From Auanema rhodensis (taxonomy: Eukaryota; Animalia; Nematoda): a stretch of DNA of 64,000 nucleotides. The first letter of the stretch is position 1, and the number at the start of each line of letters is the position of its first letter. Below are positions 55,601 through 64,000 of this stretch, one piece after another. The notes under the pieces were generated by a model. That model did not search any database, was not told the origin of the DNA, and was given only the letters and a program-made list of their open reading frames with translations. A program made the translations under genes and the position numbers. The stretch covers positions 310,001 to 374,000 of the forward strand of contig OZ059897.1 in the NCBI GenBank assembly GCA_964057225.1, written 5' to 3'.

Positions 55601-58600
55601 AATGCACCAAGATATCAACTGATATAAGTTCACACTTATATCCTCGATTTTCACCCTGAAGAATTAATTTTTTCGTTGAATAACATTGTCCATCGTCTTT
55701 GCCTTGAATAAAGGAATCTAAAAACATCTACTTTTTGCTAAATTATTTTGAAATTTTTCGAAAAAATTTTTGTCAAAATGTTTTTGGAAGCATTGTTGAG
55801 TGTACATGGAAACTCAACATACACTAATGCATCATTTTTCAAACGATCATAACTAATTTTTGTATTAAGCCTTTCTCAATGTAGTATAGTGCATTCGATG
55901 CGGATTTTTAAGCTGCGTCGATCTGTGTTATCAGATTTGCGCTAGCTTAAAAATGCACCAAGATATCAACTGATATAAGTTCACACTTATATCCTCGATT
56001 TTCACCCTGAAGAATTAATTTTTTCGTTGAATAACATTGTCCATCGTCTTTGCCTTGAATAAAGGAATCTACAAACATCTACTTTTTGCTAAATTATTTT
56101 GAAATTTTTCGAAAAAATTTTTGTCAAAATGTTTTTGGAAGCAATGTTGAGTGTACATGGAAACTCAACATACACTAATGCATCATTTTTCAAACGATCA
56201 TAACTAATTTTTGTATTAAGCGTTTCTCAATGTAGTATAGTGCATTCGATGCGGATTTTTAAGCTGCGTCGATCTGTGTTATCAGATTTGCGCTAGCTTA
56301 AAAATGCACCGAGATATCAACTGATATAAGTTCACACTTATATCCTCGATTTTCACCCTGAAGAATTAATTTTTTCGTTGAATAACATTGTCCATCGTCT
56401 TTGCCTTGAATAAAGGAATCTAAAAACATCTACTTTTTGCTAAATTATTTTGAAATTTTTCGAAAAAATTTTTGTCAAAATGTTTTTGGAAGCATTGTTG
56501 AGTGTACATGGAAACTCAACATACACTAATGCATCATTTTTCAAAGGATCATAACTAATTTTTGTATTAAGCGTTTCTCAATGTAGTATAGTGCATTCTA
56601 TGCGGATTTTTAAGCTGCGTCGATCTGTGTTATCAGATTTGCGCTAGCTTAAAAATGCACCGAGATATCAACTGATATAAGTTCACACTTATATCCTCGA
56701 TTTTCACCCTGAAGAATTAATTTTTTCGTTGAATAACATTGTCCATCGTCTTTGCCTTGAATAAAGGAATCTAAAAACATCTACTTTTTGCTAAATTATT
56801 TTGAAATTTTTCGAAAAAATTTTTGTCAAAATGTTTTTGGAAGCAATGTTGAGTGTACATGGAAACTCAACATACACTAATGCATCATTTTTCAAACGAT
56901 CATAACTAATTTTTGTATTAAGCGTTTCTCAATGTAGTATAGTGCGTTCGATGCGGATTTTTAAGCTGCGTCGATCTGTGTTATCAGATTTGCGCTAGCT
57001 TAAAAATGCACCAAGATATCAACTGATATAAGTTCACACTTATATCCTCGATTTTCACCCTGAAGAATTAATTTTTTCGTTGAATAACATTGTCCATCGT
57101 CTTTGCCTTGAATAAAGGAATCTAAAAACATCTACTTTTTGCTAAATTATTTTGAAATTTTTCGAAAAAATTTTTGTCAAAATGTTTTTGGAAGCATTGT
57201 TGAGTGTACATGGAAACTCAACATACACTAATGCATCATTTTTCAAACGATCATAACTAATTTTTGTATTAAGCCTTTCTCAATGTAGTATAGTGCATTC
57301 GATGCGGATTTTTAAGCTGCGTCGATCTGTGTTATCAGATTTGCGCTAGCTTAAAAATGCACCAAGATATCAACTGATATAAGTTCACACTTATATCCTC
57401 GATTTTCACCCTGAAGAATTAATTTTTTCGTTGAATAACATTGTCCATCGTCTTTGCCTTGAATAAAGGAATCTAAAAACATCTACTTTTTGCTAAATTA
57501 TTTTGAAATTTTTCGAAAAAATTTTTGTCAAAATGTTTTTGGAAGCATTGTTGAGTGTACATGGAAACTCAACATACACTAATGCATCATTTTTCAAACG
57601 ATCATAACTAATTTTTGTATTAAGCCTTTCTCAATGTAGTATAGTGCATTCGATGCGGATTTTTAAGCTGCGTCGATCTGTGTTATCAGATTTGCGCTAG
57701 CGTAAAAATGCACCGAGATATCAACTGATATAAGTTCACACTTATATCCTCGATTTTCACCCTGAAGGAATAATTTTTTCGTTGAATAACATTGTCCATC
57801 GTCTTTGCCTTGAAAAAAGAAATCTAAAAACATCTACTTTTTGCTAAATTATTTTGAAATTTTTCGAAAAAATTTTTGTCAAAATGTTTTTGGAAGCATT
57901 GTTGAGTGTACATGGAAACTCAACATACACTAATGCATCATTTTTCAAAGGATCATAACTAATTTTTGTATTAAGCGTTTCTCAATGTAGTATAGTGCAT
58001 TCGATGCGGATTTTTAAGCTGCGTCGATCTGTGTTATCAGATTTGCGCTAGCTTAAAAATGCACCAAGATATCAACTGATATAAGTTCACACTTATATCC
58101 TCGATTTTCACCCTGAAGAATTAATTTTTTCGTTGAATAACATTGTCCATCGTCTTTGCCTTGAATAAAGGAATCTAAAAACATCTACTTTTTGCTAAAT
58201 TATTTTGAAATTTTTCGAAAAAATTTTTGTCAAAATGTTTTTGGAAGCATTGTTGAGTGTACATGGAAACTCAACATACACTAATGCATCATTTTTCAAA
58301 CGATCATAACTAATTTTTGTATTAAGCCTTTCTCAATGTAGTATAGTGCATTCGATGCGGATTTTTAAGCTGCGTCGATCTGTGTTATCAGATTTGCGCT
58401 AGCTTAAAAATGCACCAAGATATCAACTGATATAAGTTCACACTTATATCCTCGATTTTCACCCTGAAGAATTAATTTTTTCGTTGAATAACATTGTCCA
58501 TCGTCTTTGCCTTGAATAAAGGAATCTAAAAACATCTACTTTTTGCTAAATTATTTTGAAATTTTTCGAAAAAATTTTTGTCAAAATGTTTTTGGAAGCA

Positions 58601-59662
58601 TTGTTGAGTGTACATGGAAACTCAACATACACTAATGCATCATTTTTCAAACGATCATAACTAATTTTTGTATTAAGCCTTTCTCAATGTAGTATAGTGC
58701 ATTCGATGCGGATTTTTAAGCTGCGTCGATCTGTGTTATCAGATTTGCGCTAGCTTAAAAATGCACCAAGATATCAACTGATATAAGTTCACACTTATAT
58801 CCTCGATTTTCACCCTGAAGAATTAATTTTTTCGTTGAATAACATTGTCCATCGTCTTTGCCTTGAATAAAGGAATCTACAAACATCTACTTTTTGCTAA
58901 ATTATTTTGAAATTTTTCGAAAAAATTTTTGTCAAAATGTTTTTGGAAGCAATGTTGAGTGTACATGGAAACTCAACATACACTAATGCATCATTTTTCA
59001 AACGATCATAACTAATTTTTGTATTAAGCGTTTCTCAATGTAGTATAGTGCATTCGATGCGGATTTTTAAGCTGCGTCGATCTGTGTTATCAGATTTGCG
59101 CTAGCTTAAAAATGCACCGAGATATCAACTGATATAAGTTCACACTTATATCCTCGATTTTCACCCTGAAGAATTAATTTTTTCGTTGAATAACATTGTC
59201 CATCGTCTTTGCCTTGAAAAATGGAATCTAAAAACATCTACTTTTTGCTAAATTATTTTGAAATTTTTCGAAAAAATTTTTGTCAAAATGTTTTTGGAAG
59301 CATTGTTGAGTGTACATGGAAACTCAACATACACTAATGCATCATTTTTCAAAGGATCATAACTAATTTTTGTATTAAGCGTTTCTCAATGTAGTATAGT
59401 GCATTCGATGCGGATTTTTAAGCTGCGTCGATCGGTGTTATCAGATTTGCGCTAGCTTAAAAATGCACCAAGATATCAACTGATATAAGTTCACACTTAT
59501 ATCCTCGATTTTCACCCTGAAGAATTAATTTTTTCGTTGAATAACATTGTCCATCGTCTTTGCCTTGAAAAATGGAATCTAAAAACATCTACTTTTTGCT
59601 AAATTATTTTGAAATTTTTCGAAAAAATTTTTGTCAAAATGTTTTTGGAAGCATTGTTGAGT
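52643..59662 (+). repeat. 8-monomer higher-order repeat (2808 bp), about 2.5 copies
   Basis: The private CTACAAAC variant lies at 53264, 56072 and 58880, exactly 2808 bp apart, with the same intervening order of CAAAGGATC, GTGCGTT and AGCGTAAAA+AAAGAAAT monomers. Confidence 0.9.
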
Positions 59663-61767
59663 GTACATGGAAACTCAACATACACTAATGCATCATTTTT
59701 CAAACGATCATAACTAATTTTTGTATTAAGCCTTTCTCAATGTAGTATAGTGCATTCGATGCGGATTTTTAAGCTGCGTCGATCTGTGTTATCAGATTTG
59801 CGCTAGCTTAAAAATGCACCAAGATATCAACTGATATAAGTTCACACTTATATCCTCGATTTTCACCCTGAAGAATTAATTTTTTCGTTGAATAACATTG
59901 TCCATCGTCTTTGCCTTGAATAAAGGAATCTAAAAACATCTACTTTTTGCTAAATTATTTTGAAATTTTTCGAAAAAATTTTTGTCAAAATGTTTTTGGA
60001 AGCATTGTTGAGTGTACATGGAAACTCAACATACACTAATGCATCATTTTTCAAACGATCATAACTAATTTTTGTATTAAGCCTTTCTCAATGTAGTATA
60101 GTGCATTCGATGCGGATTTTTAAGCTGCGTCGATCTGTGTTATCAGATTTGCGCTAGCGTAAAAATGCACCGAGATATCAACTGATATAAGTTCACACTT
60201 ATATCCTCGATTTTCACCCTGAAGGAATAATTTTTTCGTTGAATAACATTGTCCATCGTCTTTGCCTTGAAAAAAGAAATCTAAAAACATCTACTTTTTG
60301 CTAAATTATTTTGAAATTTTTCGAAAAAATTTTTGTCAAAATGTTTTTGGAAGCATTGTTGAGTGTACATGGAAACTCAACATACACTAATGCATCATTT
60401 TTCAAACGATCATAACTAATTTTTGTATTAAGCCTTTCTCAATGTAGTATAGTGCATTCGATGCGGATTTTTAAGCTGCGTCGATCTGTGTTATCAGATT
60501 TGCGCTAGCTTAAAAATGCACCAAGATATCAACTGATATAAGTTCACACTTATATCCTCGATTTTCACCCTGAAGAATTAATTTTTTCGTTGAATAACAT
60601 TGTCCATCGTCTTTGCCTTGAATAAAGGAATCTAAAAACATCTACTTTTTGCTAAATTATTTTGAAATTTTTCGAAAAAATTTTTGTCAAAATGTTTTTG
60701 GAAGCATTGTTGAGTGTACATGGAAACTCAACATACACTAATGCATCATTTTTCAAACGATCATAACTAATTTTTGTATTAAGCCTTTCTCAATGTAGTA
60801 TAGTGCATTCGATGCGGATTTTTAAGCTGCGTCGATCTGTGTTATCAGATTTGCGCTAGCTTAAAAATGCACCAAGATATCAACTGATATAAGTTCACAC
60901 TTATATCCTCGATTTTCACCCTGAAGAATTAGTTTTTTCGTTGAATAACATTGTCCATCGTCTTTGCCTTGAATAAAGGAATCTAAAAACATCTACTTTT
61001 CGCTAAATTATTTTGAAATTTTTCGAAAAAATTTTTGTCAAAATGTTTTTGGAAGCAATGTTGAGTGTACATGGAAACTCAACATACACTAATGCATCAT
61101 TTTTCAAACGATCATAACTAATTTTAGTATTAAGCGTTTCTCAATGTAGTATAGTGCATTCGATGCGGATTTTTAAGCTACGTCGATCTGTGTTATCAGA
61201 TTTGCGCTAGCTTAAAAATGCACCGAGATATCAACTGATATAAGTTCACACTTATATCCTCGATTTTCACCCTGAAGAATTAAATTTTCGTTGAATAACA
61301 TTGTCCATCGTCTTTGCCTTGAAAAATGGAATCTAAAAACATCTACTTTTTGCTAAATTATTTTGAAATTTTTCGAAAAAATTTTTGTCAAAATGTTTTT
61401 GGAAGCAATGTTGAGTGTACATGGAAACTCAACATACACTAATGCATCATTTTTCAAACGATCATAACTAATTTTTGTATTAAGCCTTTCTCAATGTAGT
61501 ATAGTGCATTCGATGCGGATTTTTAAGCTGCGTCGATCTGTGTTATCAGATTTGCGCTAGCTTAAAAATGCACCAAGATATCAACTGATATAAGTTCACA
61601 CTTATATCCTCGATTTTCACCCTGAAGAATTAATTTTTTCGTTGAATAACATTGTCCATCGTCTTTGCCTTGAATAAAGGAATCTAAAAACATCTACTTT
61701 TCGCTAAATTATTTTGAAATTTTTCGAAAAAATTTTTGTCAAAATGTTTTTGGAAGCATTGTTGAGT

Positions 61768-63877
61768 GTACATGGAAACTCAACATACACTAATGCATCA
61801 TTTTTCAAAGGATCATAACTAATTTTTGTATTAAGCGTTTCTCAATGTAGTATAGTGCATTCGATGCGGATTTTTAAGCTGCGTCGATCGGTGTTATCAG
61901 ATTTGCGCTAGCTTAAAAATGCACCAAGATATCAACTGATATAAGTTCACACTTATATCCTCGATTTTCACCCTGAAGAATTAATTTTTTCGTTGAATAA
62001 CATTGTCCATCGTCTTTGCCTTGAATAAAGGAATCTAAAAACATCTACTTTTTGCTAAATTATTTTGAAATTTTTCGAAAAAATTTTTGTCAAAATGTTT
62101 TTGGAAGCAATGTTGAGTGTACATGGAAACTCAACATACACTAATGCATCATTTTTCAAACGATCATAACTAATTTTTGTATTAAGCGTTTCTCAATGTA
62201 GTATAGTGCATTCGATGCGGATTTTTAAGCTGCGTCGATCTGTGTTATCAGATTTGCGTTAGCTTAAAAATGCACCGAGATATCAACTGATATAAGTTCA
62301 CACTTATATCCTCGAGTTTCACCCTGAAGGAATAATTTTTTCGTTGAATAACATTGTCCATCGTCTTTGCCTTGAAAAAAGGAATCTAAAAACATCTACT
62401 TTTTGCTAAATTATTTTGAAATTTTTCGAAAAAATTTTTGTCAAAATGTTTTTGGAAGCAATGTTGAGTGTACATGGAAACTCAACATACACTAATGCAT
62501 CATTTTTCAAACGATCATAACTAATTTCTGTATTAAGCGTTTCTCAATGTAGTTTAGTGCATTCGATGCGGATTTTTAAGCTGCGTCGATCTGTGTTATC
62601 AGATTTGCGCTAGCTTAAAAATGCACCGAGATATCAACTGATATAAGTTCACACATATATCCTCGATTTTCACCCTGAAGAAATAATTTTTTCGTTGAAT
62701 AACATTGTCCATCGTCTTTGCCTTGAAAAAAGGAATCTAAAAACATCTACTTTTTTTGCTAAATTATTTTGAAATTTTTCGAAAAAATTTTTGTCAAAAT
62801 GTTTTTGGAAGCATTGTTGAGTGTACATGGAAACTCAACATACACTAATGCATCATTTTTCAAACGATCAAAACTAATTTTTGTATTAAGCGTTTCTCAA
62901 TGTAGTATAGTGCATTCGATGCGGATTTTTAAGCTGCGTCGATCGGTGTTATCAGATTTGCGCTAGCTTAAAAATGCACCAAGATATCAACTGATATAAG
63001 TTCACACTTATATCCTCGATTTTCACCCTGAAGAATTAATTTTTTCGTTGAATAACATTGTCCATCGTCTTTGCCTTGAATAAAGGAATCTAAAAACATC
63101 TACTTTTTGCTAAATTATTTTGAAATTTTTCGAAAAAATTTTTGTCAAAATGTTTTTGGAAGCAATGTTGAGTGTACATGGAAACTCAACATACACTAAT
63201 GCATCATTTTTCAAACGATCATAACTAATTTTTGTATTAAGCGTTTCTCAATGTAGTATAGTGCATTCGATGCGGATTTTTAAGCTGCGTCGATCTGTGT
63301 TATCAGATTTGCGTTAGCTTAAAAATGCACCGAGATATCAACTGATATAAGTTCACACTTATATCCTCGATTTTCACCCTGAAGGAATAATTTTTTCGTT
63401 GAATAACATTGTCCATCGTCTTTGCCTTGAAAAAAGGAATCTAAAAACATCTACTTTTTGCTAAATTATTTTGAAATTTTTCGAAAAAATTTTTGTCAAA
63501 ATGTTTTTGGAAGCAATGTTGAGTGTACATGGAAACTCAACATACACTAATGCATCATTTTTCAAACGATCATAACTAATTTCTGTATTAAGCGTTTCTC
63601 AATGTAGTTTAGTGCATTCGATGCGGATTTTTAAGCTGCGTCGATCTGTGTTATCAGATTTGCGCTAGCTTAAAAATGCACCGAGATATCAACTGATATA
63701 AGTTCACACATATATCCTCGATTTTCACCCTGAAGAAATAATTTTTTCGTTGAATAACATTGTCCATCGTCTTTGCCTTGAAAAAAGGAATCTAAAAACA
63801 TCTACTTTTTTTGCTAAATTATTTTGAAATTTTTCGAAAAAATTTTTGTCAAAATGTTTTTGGAAGCATTGTTGAGT
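61768..63877 (+). repeat. 3-monomer higher-order repeat (1055 bp) x2 containing a divergent 353-bp monomer
   Basis: Series ATCGGTG+CCAAG / GCGTTAG+GGAATA / (TTTCTG, AGTTTAG, CACACATA, GAAATAA, +TT) starting at 61768 and 62823. Confidence 0.9.
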
Positions 63878-64000
63878 GTACATGGAAACTCAACATACAC
63901 TAATGCATCATTTTTCAAACGATCATAACTAATTTTTGTATTAAGCGTTTCTCAATGTAGTATAGTGCATTCGATGCGGATTTTTAAGCTGCGTCGATCT

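Larger units (their letters stand above)
1..64000. repeat. Satellite DNA tandem array, 351-bp monomer, about 182.3 copies, single orientation, probably extending beyond both window edges
   Basis: GTACATGGAAACTCAACATA recurs at 1, 352, 703, 1054 and onward to 63878. The phase is fully explained by a 351-bp period, nine 350-bp copies (starting 11233, 12285, 13337, 19303, 20355, 21407, 28777, 45624, 61067) and two 353-bp copies (62470, 63525): 1+351x182-9+4=63878. Confidence 0.99.

Noticed and set aside
62769-62966. 65-aa plus-strand ORF
   Set aside because: It starts at TTG and is open only through a singleton TAA>AAA change at 62871, so it is satellite read-through.
1-64000. CRISPR array or integron-like cassette array
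   Set aside because: There are no unique spacers or cassettes between the palindromic motifs; the entire 351 bp is repeated, and no cas or integrase gene is present.
1-64000. Information-bearing code in the order of monomer variants
   Set aside because: The order is adequately explained by nested tandem duplication and conversion; nothing indicates a programmed or functional arrangement.

Overview
The whole 64 kb window is one uninterrupted, head-to-tail, single-orientation tandem array of an AT-rich 351-bp monomer (about 31% GC by hand count of copy 1). It has 182 complete copies plus a 123-bp partial copy (63878-64000), and copies differ from each other at only a few positions. This is typical eukaryotic satellite DNA, plausibly centromeric or pericentromeric heterochromatin of an invertebrate (no CpG depletion), but I cannot name the organism or family. 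I found no credible gene, RNA gene, transposon insertion, inversion or CRISPR array. The three ORFs in the track are chance read-throughs of the satellite. There are two kinds of real structure. (i) The monomer holds four dyad-symmetric modules plus an A/T-tract-rich 3' third. (ii) Diagnostic SNPs and indels show nested higher-order repeats (2-, 3-, 4-, 5-, 8- and 9-mers), a roughly 8.4/8.1-kb block duplication, and three successive variant domains along the array. I see no evidence of a novel protein-coding system. All coordinates and counts were obtained by eye.
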